Shown: positions 1 to 10,258, numbered from the stretch's first letter. The stretch is DNA of 20,000 nt from Candidatus Lindowbacteria bacterium RIFCSPLOWO2_12_FULL_62_27 (GCA_001784175.1 MFPR01000033.1:109376-129375), one strand, 5' to 3'. A program made the numbers and translations. The notes: a model not told the origin generated them from the letters alone.

Positions 1-3000
1 CCGCAAGCGCGTCTTTGAACATCTGCACGCTCTTCGGGTATTCCCCATTCCGCCGCGCCATCTCCCCCAGCCGGAACAATACGTTCGGCGGCGACCCCGA
101 CCGGGCGGCCGCCAATTCCAGCACCGCTCGCGCCCTCGCCACGTCGCCGTGCGACGCCAGGATCTCCGACAAGAGCACCGACGCCTCCGCGCCGGCCTCC
201 GCCGGGTCCAGCTCCTGCGTCGTCAACAGCTCCTTCAGCGCCGCTTCGCCGAATCCCAGCTTGTGAAGCGCGATCGCGTTCCGAAGATGCGCCTGCGCGT
301 TCTTCGGATCCACCGACAGCGCCTGCCGGTACTGCTCCAGCGCCACGTTGTATTTGCCGTGCTGCAAAAACAAATCGCCCATCCGAACATGCGCCATCGA
401 CCGGTTCTTCGAGTGCAACAGCACCTGCTTGAAGGACTCGTACGCGTTCGTCACGTCGCCCTGCCGCTGATACGCCAGACCCATCAGCGTGTGCGCCTCC
501 GGAAGCGTCGGATCCAGCGCCAGCGCCTTTCGCGCGTAATCGATCGCCGCCACCGGACGCATCGCCCGAAGCTCCACCTCGGCCAGGCCCAGAATCGGGC
601 GCGCATCCGACGGAGACAACGCGGCAGCCCGCGAAAAACTTTCTACCGCCGCGCCCGCGCGACCCTCCAGCAGTTTCGCTCGGCCCATCAGTAAAAATGC
701 CGCCGGGTCCCGGTCGTTCAGCGCCAGCAGTCGCTCCGCCGTACGCGTTGCCTCAACCACGTTCCCTCGCTGCGCCGCCTGCGCGCCCAGCCTGCGCAGG
801 AGCGCCGAAAGATCCGCGCGGTCTTTCTCTGTCCCGCCCGCGCGCAGAAGACCAAGGATGATCTCCTCCGCATCCACCACGTTGCCCTGGCCCTGCTCGA
901 GTTCCGCCTGTCGCCGGAGATGTCCTGCTTGCGCCGCGCCCATGCGGCGCAGCAGCCGGTATTGGTCCAGCGCGCTCCGGTAGTTGCCCGATTCGTACAG
1001 CGCGTCCGCATGCCGCCCGATGTATTTGGGATGGCCCGTCCGGGTCGCCAGCGACTCCCACAGCGGCGCAGCCTCCGCCGGACGGCCGCTCGCGGCGTAC
1101 GCCGTCCCCAGCGCGTCCATCACGCCCGTGTCCGGCGGCGACGCACGGCGCAGCGCCTCCAGCGCGCGGATCGCCTCCGCTCGGTCACCCTGCTCCGCCG
1201 CGCGCCGCGCAAGTTGCAAATTCGCGTCCCGGTCATACGGCGAGTCCTTCAGGATCACTCGATACAGCCCCGCCGCCTTGTCCGCATCGCCCATCTTCGA
1301 CAGAAGCCGGGCGTACGAACGCAGAAAACTCGCGCCGCTGTTGCCAAGCGCGTGCGACTGGTCGTACATCTCCCGCGCCAGACTGAGCTGGCCGTCTTCC
1401 AGATACCACTGGCCCAGCGTCTCCGTCAGTTGCTGGCGTTTCCGGCCTTCCTTCGTCAGCCGAAGCTCCCGCTGAAACGCATCGTACGATTGGCTCCTCG
1501 TCCGCGCGTCGCGAATCAGGAGCTTGCCGAAAACTTCATACAGATCTTTGTGCTTCTCCTCTGATCCAAGAAGCTCCGTCACCTCGCCGTAGAGCGTGCC
1601 CGCGTTCGGCAGCGCCCCGCCGCTCGCAACGGCGGATAGCGCCTGGTCGTAGATATGCTGCACCAGCCACTTCCTCGACGACTCGTCTCGCCGGAGCTTC
1701 AACAGCGCACGCGTCGTCGCCGCCGCCTGCTCGGCCTGGCCCTGACGAAGATAAATCTCCGCCTGCAGCGCCAGCCCGTCCGGATCGTCACGGCGGCCCG
1801 CCAGATAATCCCGAACGATCACTTGGGCGCCTCCGAAGTTCCGGTCTTCCAAAAACTGCCGCGCGCGGATCAGTTGGATCGGGTCCGTCGGCGACCGGAT
1901 GCCGGACAGACGCGCCAATATCGTTTGCGCTGACGGCGTCCCCTTCCGCAGGTTCCATGCGATCGTCAGAAGCTGCGGATCGTTTGGATATCGCTCGAAC
2001 AGCACCGTCAAAAGCTCGTTCGCCTCCGTCTTCCGGCCCATCTGAAGTTTCACGTCCAGCAGTCGCCGCTGAAACTTCGCTCGTTGGTCCGCGTCCTGTT
2101 CTTGTGCGGTCAGAAGTTCCAGACTCCGCACGAGCAAACCGGAATCCGTCGCGAAATCGAAAACGTCGCTCGCCACCTCCAGGATCCGTTTCGACGTCGG
2201 ATACGTCGCCACCAGCGTCCTCGCCTGGCCCAGCGCCTTCGCGCGCTGGCCGGACTTGAGATACGCCTCCAGAAGCTCCGCCGACAGGCGCTCCTCCGGG
2301 CCGCCGGACAGACGGCGCTCGTACCACCGCACGGCGTCCGCTAGTTGGCCCGACACCATCGCCGACCGCGCCAGAAGTTCCTGCACGTCGGGCGAAATGT
2401 CGTTCGAGCGCGCCTCCGCGTACTCCTTCAGAAGCGGATACGCCATCGCCGGGTTCTGTTCTTGGATGTGAATTCGCGCCAAGAAAAGTGGAAGGTCCCC
2501 CTCCGCATGCCGGCCCGCATAGGCCGCTTGAAGATGGCTCTTCGACTCCGGCCAGCGCGCATGATGATACAAAATCTTTCCCATGAGAAAATGCCCCTCG
2601 GCGTCGGACGGCGCCAGCTTCAACGCGGTCGACAGAGATGCCAGCGCGCTCGACGTGTCCCCTTCCTGCAGGCTGATGCGCGCCAGAAGTTTCTGGCCCT
2701 TCGCATCCGGCCACAAGCGGTCCGCGCGCTGCGCCGACGACTTGGCTTGGACCGCCTCCCCGCTCGACAAATGCCGCGTCGCCTCCACCCACAAAATCTC
2801 GGCCAAACGCCGGCGGGTCACCGCGCTTAGCGCGCCGGACGGCGCCGGCTCGCCCACGCGCAGCGCTTCCGACGGCTCGCCCGCCGACAACGCCAGCGTC
2901 ACGTAGGTCTCGATCTGCCGCTCCGGTATCTCTCGCGGGTGACGCGACCGCAGCGCACTCAGCGCGGCGCGGGCGTTGCCCAGCGCGCTCTGCAAATCCG

Positions 3001-4030
3001 CCAGACGATCCAAAAACGCCGGGTCGCCCAGCGTCTTCGCCTCCTCCAGAAATTTTAGCTCCGCGGGGGTGTCCGGCGCGTCGCGGAAAAATTGCGACAT
3101 CGCGCGCGCGACCGTCAGTCGACCGCGCAAATCCGGCACGCCCCCGCGCCATAACTTCTCCGCAACCTGTCGCGCGGGCGGCGACCGGCCCAGGGCCGCT
3201 AGAAGCGTCAGGAGTTCCTGCGGATCCGCGCCGCCCGTATAGTAGTACTTCATCCGCTGCGCCAGTGCTTCCGGAGCGTCCTCTAGTCGGTCCGCAATCT
3301 TGGCGCGCACCAGATGGGCCGCGCCCGGATAGTTCTTCAGAACCTCCTTCGCGCCCGCGGCGTCCCCCGCCGCCAGAAACGTCAGCGCCACTGTCTCCGC
3401 CAAGTGCGTCGGCAGCGGCGCAAAGGACGCCGCCCGCCGCAGCGCGGTCATCGCCTCCACCGATTTCGTCGGCTCGCGCTGCGCCTCCCTTAGACACAAA
3501 TCTCGCAAATATTCCTGATCCGGTCGATCCGCCGGCGCGGCCAACTGCGCCGTCAGACGGTACGCCTTCTCGGACTCGTTGCGCTGCGCATGATATTTCA
3601 CCAGCCACAGCCGCAACCGGTCGTCGACGCCACCCTGCTCGAAAAATTTTGACGCATGTCCCGACGCCGTCGCGGGATTCGTCGCCTGTTGAAGTTCCGC
3701 CAGCTTCCGAAGATACTCCGTCTCCTGCGTCACTTTCTGCAGCCGCTCGTAATACTGGATCGCCTTCGGGATCTGCCCCAGATGTTCCGCGGCCAGCGCG
3801 GCGGCCAGAAGCGCGTCGCGATCCCCCGGAGAAATTTTTAATATCATCTCCGCCCCTTCGATCGCCTGCACGAGCGACTCCTGCAATCGCCCCCGCGTCT
3901 CCGCCGGCCCTCCGCCCCCGGCCTCCCTCGCCTTCTCCGGCGCCGCCTTCCCGCATCCGGCCACGGCGGTCATGACCAGAATTATTCGTCCTATGAGTCC
4001 TATCCGTCCTATCTGCCCCGGTCTACTCAC
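1..4030 (-). CDS. Large TPR-repeat lipoprotein (>1340 aa), 3' end beyond the window
   Basis: Not in the ORF track because it has no stop inside the window. Manual translation from GTG at 4030 gives MSRPGQIGRIGLIGRIILVMTAVAG-C (lipobox), then TPR-like helices (DRDALLAAALAAEHLGQIPKAIQYYERL; DPDGLALQAEIYLRQGQAEQA). The same frame reads open at spot checks near 1980-1700 and 46-2; not every codon was checked. The start overlaps the TAG of the upstream gene (GTGAGTAG). Confidence 0.85.
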   Translation of the reverse strand, partial: MSRPGQIGRIGLIGRIILVMTAVAGCGKAAPEKAREAGGGGPAETRGRLQESLVQAIEGAEMILKISPGDRDALLAAALAAEHLGQIPKAIQYYERLQKVTQETEYLRKLAELQQATNPATASGHASKFFEQGGVDDRLRLWLVKYHAQRNESEKAYRLTAQLAAPADRPDQEYLRDLCLREAQREPTKSVEAMTALRRAASFAPLPTHLAETVALTFLAAGDAAGAKEVLKNYPGAAHLVRAKIADRLEDAPEALAQRMKYYYTGGADPQELLTLLAALGRSPPARQVAEKLWRGGVPDLRGRLTVARAMSQFFRDAPDTPAELKFLEEAKTLGDPAFLDRLADLQSALGNARAALSALRSRHPREIPERQIETYVTLALSAGEPSEALRVGEPAPSGALSAVTRRRLAEILWVEATRHLSSGEAVQAKSSAQRADRLWPDAKGQKLLARISLQEGDTSSALASLSTALKLAPSDAEGHFLMGKILYHHARWPESKSHLQAAYAGRHAEGDLPLFLARIHIQEQNPAMAYPLLKEYAEARSNDISPDVQELLARSAMVSGQLADAVRWYERRLSGGPEERLSAELLEAYLKSGQRAKALGQARTLVATYPTSKRILEVASDVFDFATDSGLLVRSLELLTAQEQDADQRAKFQRRLLDVKLQMGRKTEANELLTVLFERYPNDPQLLTIAWNLRKGTPSAQTILARLSGIRSPTDPIQLIRARQFLEDRNFGGAQVIVRDYLAGRRDDPDGLALQAEIYLRQGQAEQAAATTRALLKLRRDESSRKWLVQHIYDQALSAVASGGALPNAGTLYGEVTELLGSEEKHKDLYEVFGKLLIRDARTRSQSYDAFQRELRLTKEGRKRQQLTETLGQWYLEDGQLSLAREMYDQSHALGNSGASFLRSYARLLSKMGDADKAAGLYRVILKDSPYDRDANLQLARRAAEQGDRAEAIRALEALRRASPPDTGVMDALGTAYAASGRPAEAAPLWESLATRTGHPKYIGRHADALYESGNYRSALDQYRLLRRMGAAQAGHLRRQAELEQGQGNVVDAEEIILGLLRAGGTEKDRADLSALLRRLGAQAAQRGNVVEATRTAERLLALNDRDPAAFLLMGRAKLLEGRAGAAVESFSRAAALSPSDARPILGLAEVELRAMRPVAAIDYARKALALDPTLPEAHTLMGLAYQRQGDVTNAYESFKQVLLHSKNRSMAHVRMGDLFLQHGKYNVALEQYRQALSVDPKNAQAHLRNAIALHKLGFGEAALKELLTTQELDPAEAGAEASVLLSEILASHGDVARARAVLELAAARSGSPPNVLFRLGEMARRNGEYPKSVQMFKDALA
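3988..4015. repeat. 28-bp element of 9-bp period (GTCCTATnn x3), copy 1
   Basis: GTCCTATGAGTCCTATCCGTCCTATCTG, identical to 8390-8417. Confidence 0.9.
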
Positions 4031-5591
4031 GCCGCCCTCCCGCCGGCGCGCCCAGCGCCGATTCGATCTCGCGCGCCAGCCGCAAAAATTGCCGCTCCCA
4101 CCCATGCGCCTGCGTTCTCAAAAAGCGGCCCATGAGCGCCTCTCCCGCAGGCGACGCAAAACGCTCGGAACGGATACGCTCCGCCTCCACGCGCGTCGCG
4201 GCCGCAAGTCGCCGCAGGTCGGCCAGAAGTTGCGTCTCGTTCTCGGCCAGCACATGCTGCCGCTCCTCGATCTGCGCCCGCATCGTTTCGTCCGCCATAT
4301 GCGCCGCATCCGGCGCCGGCTTCATTCGCCCAAGTTCCTGCTCCGTCCGGCGGAACGAATGCAGCAGCATCGCCTGGTCTCGCTGAAATTTCGTCAGCCG
4401 CTCATGATACGCCTCGGACTGCGGGTGCATCCGGTACAATCCCGGGAAACCGAACATCAACGCCCACACACACGCCGCCACTACCCCCGCAACCAATCCC
4501 CCCCACGTCGCCGCCGATTGAAATAAAACCCATACGCCTCGATCCGAAATCAGTGGCGCCGCCAGTCCCGCGCGCACCAGGAGCTCACCCGTTCGCGTCC
4601 GCACAAAATTCAGCTTCGTCGGCGCGCTCGCCTGCGACGGATCGGCCAACAACACGTGGTTCCCGCGGGTTGGATACAGCACGGCACGGCCCCCCGGCAA
4701 AAGACAAAATCGGTACGGCTCCGCAAGGTCCGGCCAGCGCGAGATCCGGCGTAGCGGCTGGCCCACGCTCAATTGATATAATTGCGCGCTCGAATTCATC
4801 ACGTGAATCCCGCCGCCCTCCGACGAATAATCCGTCCACCCCTCTGGAAATCCTCGCTCCGAATGCGCCGCATCCGGATCGGGCGCCGCCAAAGCAGGCG
4901 GAAAACGACGGTCGAGCGGGGACAATATGTACACGCCCGTCCGGCGGAACACCGCGACCAGCGAGCGGCCCACGTACGCCGCCCCGAGCGCAACGTCCGC
5001 GCGCGCTTCGGCCGGAAGCGGAATATCGGCAAGGCGGGTCGCGTACGGACTCGAAAGCGAAACTCGATGAAGCGACCAGAATCCGATCACCGCCGCTTCT
5101 CCGCCTTCAACACCGGGACGCCCGAATAGGCCGGTCGTGTCGCTCAACAGATTCGTCACCTGGTCCGATTTCAATAACCATAAATCGTTCCCCGTCGTCG
5201 CCAGAACGCCGCCCTCGTACGGTTCGCACTGCATCCCCGATTCGTCGGCGCTGCCCGCGGCCGGGCGATCATATCCGGCGGGATAAAACCACCCTAGATC
5301 TTCACGCCAGATACCTCGCGGGCCCACCGCCACTCGCCGGCCGCTGGACGCGTCCCACGCCGCCGACATCACGGGCTCCCGCGCCAATACCGTGGCCGCC
5401 TTTGAGACGATGTCCAGTTGAATCAGGCCCTCGCTGGTCGACAATAGAACCTCGCCGCCACCGGTCGTCCCGGTGGCCGAATAGATCCTCATCTCCAGCG
5501 CACGCCGGTCCAGCGTCTTCAGAATGTCCGTCTCGCTCAGCGACCACGGCTCCGCCGAGGCGGTCGCGAGTGAAAAAAAATAAATTAACAC
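4023..5591 (-). CDS. Hypothetical membrane-anchored protein (extracytoplasmic beta-rich N-terminal region, TM segment, helical C-terminus)
   Basis: 522-aa ORF closely coupled to its neighbours. Signal-like N-terminus and hydrophobic segment WGGLVAGVVAACVWALMFGF. No family recognised. Confidence 0.7.
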   Translation of the reverse strand: MLIYFFSLATASAEPWSLSETDILKTLDRRALEMRIYSATGTTGGGEVLLSTSEGLIQLDIVSKAATVLAREPVMSAAWDASSGRRVAVGPRGIWREDLGWFYPAGYDRPAAGSADESGMQCEPYEGGVLATTGNDLWLLKSDQVTNLLSDTTGLFGRPGVEGGEAAVIGFWSLHRVSLSSPYATRLADIPLPAEARADVALGAAYVGRSLVAVFRRTGVYILSPLDRRFPPALAAPDPDAAHSERGFPEGWTDYSSEGGGIHVMNSSAQLYQLSVGQPLRRISRWPDLAEPYRFCLLPGGRAVLYPTRGNHVLLADPSQASAPTKLNFVRTRTGELLVRAGLAAPLISDRGVWVLFQSAATWGGLVAGVVAACVWALMFGFPGLYRMHPQSEAYHERLTKFQRDQAMLLHSFRRTEQELGRMKPAPDAAHMADETMRAQIEERQHVLAENETQLLADLRRLAAATRVEAERIRSERFASPAGEALMGRFLRTQAHGWERQFLRLAREIESALGAPAGGRRE

Positions 5592-5602
5592 CAGTTGGCT
5601 GC

Positions 5603-6253
5603 TCAGAACGGACTGCTCTCTACTCGGATTTTGTATTTCGTCACGCCCTGCGGCGGATGAAGAAAACTTACTTTGAAGGCTTTTCGTTGCCCCACTTCAA
5701 GATGCGGCGGGTCAGGATGAACGTAGGAAAAATTCTGGTCGACGACGGACCCGCTCCGGTCCATCAGAACGACCGTGATCTTTACGTACCGCGCCGGCGT
5801 CCTCAACCGGTTCTCCACTTCGCCCACGATCTGGAAGATGCCGCTGTTCAGAAGCGCCTCATAACTCACGATCGCCAGCGCTTCGCGCGCGGTCGTGTCG
5901 GCGCTGTCGATCGCGCCGCTCTCGGACGCGATCGCCCGGAGAGCGGCGGTCGCGGTCTGCACCATCCCCGTTACACCGCCGCCCCCGGACGCGCCCTTCC
6001 CCGGTCGCGCCCCCCTGGAACGCGGCGCCACCACGGTCGTTTCGTGCGGCCCCGCAAACGGTTGAAATACGATCTTCAGGATTTCTTCCGGCTTCAGGAT
6101 GTACGTCCGGCGGCCGTCCTTCACCCAGAACGCGCCGTCGCTGTACCGCTCCACTTCTGTGCGTAGCACCTCGCCGGTCTTTAAATAGATCGTGTCGCCA
6201 AACGCGGGGGGAAGAATCGTCAGGCAAAATAACAGAACGGCAGGAAACCTCAT
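5603..6253 (-). CDS. Secreted FxLYD/DUF3426-like Ig-fold domain protein
   Basis: Signal peptide, DTIYLKTGEVL N-terminal module, low-complexity linker, and C-terminal IVGEVEN...VKITVVLMDRSGSVV...LEVGQRKAFKV pattern typical of FxLYD domains. Confidence 0.7.
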   Translation of the reverse strand: MRFPAVLLFCLTILPPAFGDTIYLKTGEVLRTEVERYSDGAFWVKDGRRTYILKPEEILKIVFQPFAGPHETTVVAPRSRGARPGKGASGGGGVTGMVQTATAALRAIASESGAIDSADTTAREALAIVSYEALLNSGIFQIVGEVENRLRTPARYVKITVVLMDRSGSVVDQNFSYVHPDPPHLEVGQRKAFKVSFLHPPQGVTKYKIRVESSPF

Positions 6254-6257
6254 CCGC

Positions 6258-8438
6258 CTACTTCAGAATCAGCGACTGGATTCGCACGTTCTCTCGTTCG
6301 TCATAACATCGCACGTCAACGACGGTCACGGCGCGGCCCTTGAGGTCGATCCGGCCGGTCTCCTCCATCGAGTCGAACAATCGGTCGTCCGGATCCGCCG
6401 TCTCCCACGCGCCGCCGTCGACTCGATACTCCGCGCGCGACACGCGCGAGTGCGCGTCCGTCGCGCGCCACTGCACACGGTCGCCCTCCGGTTTTACGTC
6501 CACCGACGGCGGCGTCCGGTCCAGCAGAATCAGCGGAAACTCCTGCTCGTGCGCCAACGCGTCGCCGGCGCCGTTCGAGGGCTTGTCGCTCACTTCCAGC
6601 TTGAACCGGTACGTGCCGTCCGGATAGGGTTCCGACGGAACATTCACGCTCTTGACGTTTTTCGGTTGCGTCGAGGGATCGTAGATCGGAATGAACTTCT
6701 TCGAGCCGGGGGGCTGGTAGGAGAGCTGGTATTGGAGCTGATCGTTGTCAAGGTTCGTCACGTCCCATTGAAAACGGATGTCTCGGCCGTCCGGCGCGCC
6801 GTCCTGTGAACGCACAACCTCCGCGCTCAGATTGATCAGCTTCGGATACAAATTCTGTACCCGGTACGGCAGCCGCAGCCGCCGGATCGCGCCGTCCGGC
6901 GATTTCAGCCGGAGTTTCGCTTGGAAAAATCGGCCCGTCGTCGTTGGCGCGCCGCTCAGCAACTCAAAGTCTGTCCAGCCCGAGTCGATCTCCGACGTCG
7001 CGCCCGACCGGATCCACACCTCTGTCTGATCCCGGCCCGCGCCATACGCCTCCGGCTGGCCGAGGCGCGCGGGAAATCCGGCGTCGAACGCCTTCGTCGT
7101 GTATTCTCCGCGGCGCGATGGCTCCAGCTCCAGCACCGCGGCTGGGTTCGAGGCGGCGGCAATCAGCTTCTTGCCCGATGGGCAGATGACCGAAAGATCC
7201 TTCGACGCGCTCTCATAATAAAGTCGCTCCGATCCTTGCGCCGTGATCCGGTATAAACGACCCGGGTTCGACGTCGCTACCCACACGCCGCTCCCTTCCG
7301 GCCACAGCGACAGCGCAATCGACGACTGCGAATACCACAGCTTGTGAACCCGCGATCCGTCCAGGGACATCCAGAACAGATTCCCCTCGCCCTTCCCGAA
7401 CGGGTCCTGGTACGGGGGCAACGTGCTCGGCGGCTGCGCGGCCGGAGATTCCGGTTTCGCCGGCGCAGGAGGCGGCGGCGCAGGGGACTTCAGCTTCTCG
7501 CCCACAGTCTCCGCCATCGCCTCGATCGCTTTCTTTAAATCGGCGCCCAGGCCCATCTCGCCCTCTTCGCCGCCGCCTTCGCCCGGCGGGCGCGGCTCCT
7601 CCTTCGGGCCGCCCGGCGCCATCGGCGGGGGAGGAACAAAACGCCGGTTGTTCACCGCTACGGCCAGTCCCCCGTTGAACATCGCCAGCGCCTTGATCTC
7701 CGCGTCCGAAAACGAATACAACACCGTCGCGCGCGCGCCCGCGCCGCCCGCGGTCGCCTGACGGTACACCCGGCCGAGGTCGTCGCCAAAGTAGATCGCG
7801 TCGTCGCCTACCAGGAGCGCCGTTATGTTTTTCGCCTTGCCGTCCGCCTTGTGCAGCAGCTCCTTCTTCGCGGTCTTTAGATCAATCTTATAGACGGATG
7901 GAAAATGGCCGCCCAGCGCGGCATACAGTTGATTCTTGTGCGCTGCCAGGGACCATACGTAGTTCGGCGTCACGGCGCCGGTCGAAAAATCAATGAATAC
8001 CGACGTCTCTCCGCGCTCTGTCACCTTGTAGATCGTCGCGGACGGCAGCGTCGCCGCATACAGGGACCGGCCGTCCGACGCCAGCGCGCTCACCGCAAAA
8101 TCGCTCCCAAACCGGCTCGACATCCGCTTCGCCGCCTGCCCGTCATACACGATCAGCGCCGCCGGATACCCGGCGCCAAAATATAGTTGCTCCCGATGCG
8201 TCGCGTAGCACATCATGTACGCGGCGTCCTCCACAGCGCTTGTCCGCGTCGCTTCGTGCCCGGTCACCAGCTCCCCCAGATCGTTCAGGCCGGACCCGGA
8301 AAATTTTCCCTCCAAAAACGACGCGCTCCCCTCTACGCGCATGTCCTGCGTCGACGACCCCCACGCCACACCCGCACACAACACTATTTGTCCTATGAGT
8401 CCTATCCGTCCTATCTGTCCTGTCCTCGCCTCACTCAT
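6258..8438 (-). CDS. Secreted beta-propeller protein with Pro-rich linker and C-terminal Ig/FN3-like domains
   Basis: The likely start is ATG 8438, which overlaps the TGA of the S55 gene (ATGA); the ORF track extends to 8498. Propeller-type repeats (VSALASDGRSLYAAT, VWSLAAHKNQLYAA, ITALLVGDDAIYFG) and C-terminal PDGTYRFKLEVSD...DRTPP. Confidence 0.75.
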   Translation of the reverse strand: MSEARTGQIGRIGLIGQIVLCAGVAWGSSTQDMRVEGSASFLEGKFSGSGLNDLGELVTGHEATRTSAVEDAAYMMCYATHREQLYFGAGYPAALIVYDGQAAKRMSSRFGSDFAVSALASDGRSLYAATLPSATIYKVTERGETSVFIDFSTGAVTPNYVWSLAAHKNQLYAALGGHFPSVYKIDLKTAKKELLHKADGKAKNITALLVGDDAIYFGDDLGRVYRQATAGGAGARATVLYSFSDAEIKALAMFNGGLAVAVNNRRFVPPPPMAPGGPKEEPRPPGEGGGEEGEMGLGADLKKAIEAMAETVGEKLKSPAPPPPAPAKPESPAAQPPSTLPPYQDPFGKGEGNLFWMSLDGSRVHKLWYSQSSIALSLWPEGSGVWVATSNPGRLYRITAQGSERLYYESASKDLSVICPSGKKLIAAASNPAAVLELEPSRRGEYTTKAFDAGFPARLGQPEAYGAGRDQTEVWIRSGATSEIDSGWTDFELLSGAPTTTGRFFQAKLRLKSPDGAIRRLRLPYRVQNLYPKLINLSAEVVRSQDGAPDGRDIRFQWDVTNLDNDQLQYQLSYQPPGSKKFIPIYDPSTQPKNVKSVNVPSEPYPDGTYRFKLEVSDKPSNGAGDALAHEQEFPLILLDRTPPSVDVKPEGDRVQWRATDAHSRVSRAEYRVDGGAWETADPDDRLFDSMEETGRIDLKGRAVTVVDVRCYDERENVRIQSLILK
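8390..8417. repeat. 28-bp element of 9-bp period (GTCCTATnn x3), copy 2
   Basis: Identical to 3988-4015. Confidence 0.9.
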
Positions 8439-10258
8439 CGCGCCTTCCCCTCCGATTCGATCTCCACTTGCAGCCGCTGCGCGCCGTAGACGATCCACTC
8501 CGTCCCGAACGTCTCATACGCGGGCTGCATCACCATCGGCGACATGCCCTGCACGCCGCCCTGCGTCAGCCGCTGGAAAAAATTCGGCAGGTTCGGCAGC
8601 GCCTCGCCATCCTGCGTCTGGGACGGCGGCGTCTGCAGAAGCCGGATCACCAGATCGTTCCCCTTCGGACGCCGCTCCAGAATTCGCACCACTTGGTCCA
8701 GCGTCCGCGGCGGCGCCTCCGGCTGCTGAAATCCGAATCCGCCACGGATCTCAAAGTCCGCCACGCGGCCCTGAAGGCTCGGTGGAAGCGTAAACCCCGC
8801 CGTCAGGCGGCGCTCTTCTCCCTGCTGCGTCCGCAGCCGCACCGTCACCGGCACGCGCGCGCCGGGTTGAAATTTCTTCGATGTCGTCCGCACCGATGTG
8901 ATCCACGCGATTCGCGATGCGTTCGCCACCTTCACGCTGAAATCAAAACTCCGAGGCACCGCTTCCTCGATCCGGTTGTCCAGCAGCATCAGGATCTCAA
9001 ATAACGTCTTGTACGGGCTCGGCGTCAGATCCTCCAGCGTCACCGCCTTCTCTCGGCCCGCCACACGCATCTCGCTCCGCACCGTAAACGCCCGGTCCCC
9101 CGGCGGGCCCGCCTCCGCCGCATCCAGCGCCTCCATGAGGCCTATGAACGCAAGTAGTGGCGTCAACCGCTGCTCGCGGATCACTTCATACCGGTACGTC
9201 TCCTCGCGGCCCGTCACTTCGTTCGATACCTCCACCCTCACCGGAACCATCTGCGCGGTGCGGTTCGAATCGATCAGAATCGCTGGCTGGCGGTCCTGCA
9301 CCATGCTCCCCAGCGTGCGGATCGGCGACGCCAGCTTGTACGAGATGTACGTGCTCGGCACAAACATGTGTACGTGCGCGGTCGTCGCCGGCATCGCTGT
9401 CTGCCCGATATTAAAAAATGGATGCCCGAACGCCAGCACCCGGCCGCCCGGCGATACATGCGTGACCGTCCCGATCGCCGTCATCGACAGATCCCCGCTC
9501 ATGAGCTGAACCCCGATCGCACCGCCCGGAACGTACGCGCTCGGGCCGGCGCCCCGGCTTGGATCGGCGCCGCCCGAGGCCACCGGAATCAGACCGTACG
9601 GCGAAAACCACTCCTCCAGCAGATTCAATCGCCCCGGCGAAAACCCCGACACCGAAAGAATCGACGACACCGGCTTCACACCGCTCGCACCCGGACCTGC
9701 GCGACTCGGAACGCCCGACGACTCGTCCATGCCGCGCCCCGCCGCGTCCCTGCCCATGAAATCCCTCAGTGCGGAAACTCGCTGCCACGTCCGCTCCGGC
9801 TCCGCCGGCCGGTCGAGTTCCTTCAGCATGTTCTCGATCGGCGTCACGTACGCGATCGGCTTCTTGGAAAAAACCGGCCCGTACGCCAGCGCGCCCAGGA
9901 GCCGCCCGCCGAAATAAATCGGACTCCCGCTCATCCCCGCCACGATGTTCGACTCCAGCAGCTTCGGGTCCTCCATCAGGATGACCACCAGATCCTGCTT
10001 CGGAAGCCGGTTCTTCAATACCCCGACCGCCTCCACCACAAACGTCTCCGGCTCCGTCCCGCGAAACACCGTCAACCCATACCCCTGCATCCCCGCCTCG
10101 ATCTCGCCCGGCGATATAAATTCGCCGGCGTGCGAGACGATCAGAAACGCCGTCAGCACCAGACAGACAGCCAGACCCATTTTTTCCACAACCCTTGAAA
10201 ATTGAGAATTGAACATTGAATATTGTATATTGAATGTCCTGTTATCCACGCAACGCAC
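8435..10258 (-). CDS. SpoIVB-like peptidase S55 domain protein
   Basis: Motifs GMQGYGLTVFRGTEPETF, IVAGMSGSPIY (catalytic Ser motif), AIGTVT and VLAFGHPF. Start uncertain (GTG 10258, GTG 10249 or ATG 10180). Confidence 0.85.
   Translation of the reverse strand: MRCVDNRTFNIQYSMFNSQFSRVVEKMGLAVCLVLTAFLIVSHAGEFISPGEIEAGMQGYGLTVFRGTEPETFVVEAVGVLKNRLPKQDLVVILMEDPKLLESNIVAGMSGSPIYFGGRLLGALAYGPVFSKKPIAYVTPIENMLKELDRPAEPERTWQRVSALRDFMGRDAAGRGMDESSGVPSRAGPGASGVKPVSSILSVSGFSPGRLNLLEEWFSPYGLIPVASGGADPSRGAGPSAYVPGGAIGVQLMSGDLSMTAIGTVTHVSPGGRVLAFGHPFFNIGQTAMPATTAHVHMFVPSTYISYKLASPIRTLGSMVQDRQPAILIDSNRTAQMVPVRVEVSNEVTGREETYRYEVIREQRLTPLLAFIGLMEALDAAEAGPPGDRAFTVRSEMRVAGREKAVTLEDLTPSPYKTLFEILMLLDNRIEEAVPRSFDFSVKVANASRIAWITSVRTTSKKFQPGARVPVTVRLRTQQGEERRLTAGFTLPPSLQGRVADFEIRGGFGFQQPEAPPRTLDQVVRILERRPKGNDLVIRLLQTPPSQTQDGEALPNLPNFFQRLTQGGVQGMSPMVMQPAYETFGTEWIVYGAQRLQVEIESEGKAR
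10195..10236. repeat. Heptamer tandem repeat (TTGnnnn x6)
   Basis: TTGAAAA TTGAGAA TTGAACA TTGAATA TTGTATA TTGAATG, an AT-rich patch in GC-rich DNA. Confidence 0.8.

Noticed and set aside
1788-3956. 722-aa minus-strand ORF in the track
   Set aside because: It is a Gly/Arg/Ala-rich off-frame shadow of the TPR lipoprotein, which uses another frame starting at 4030.
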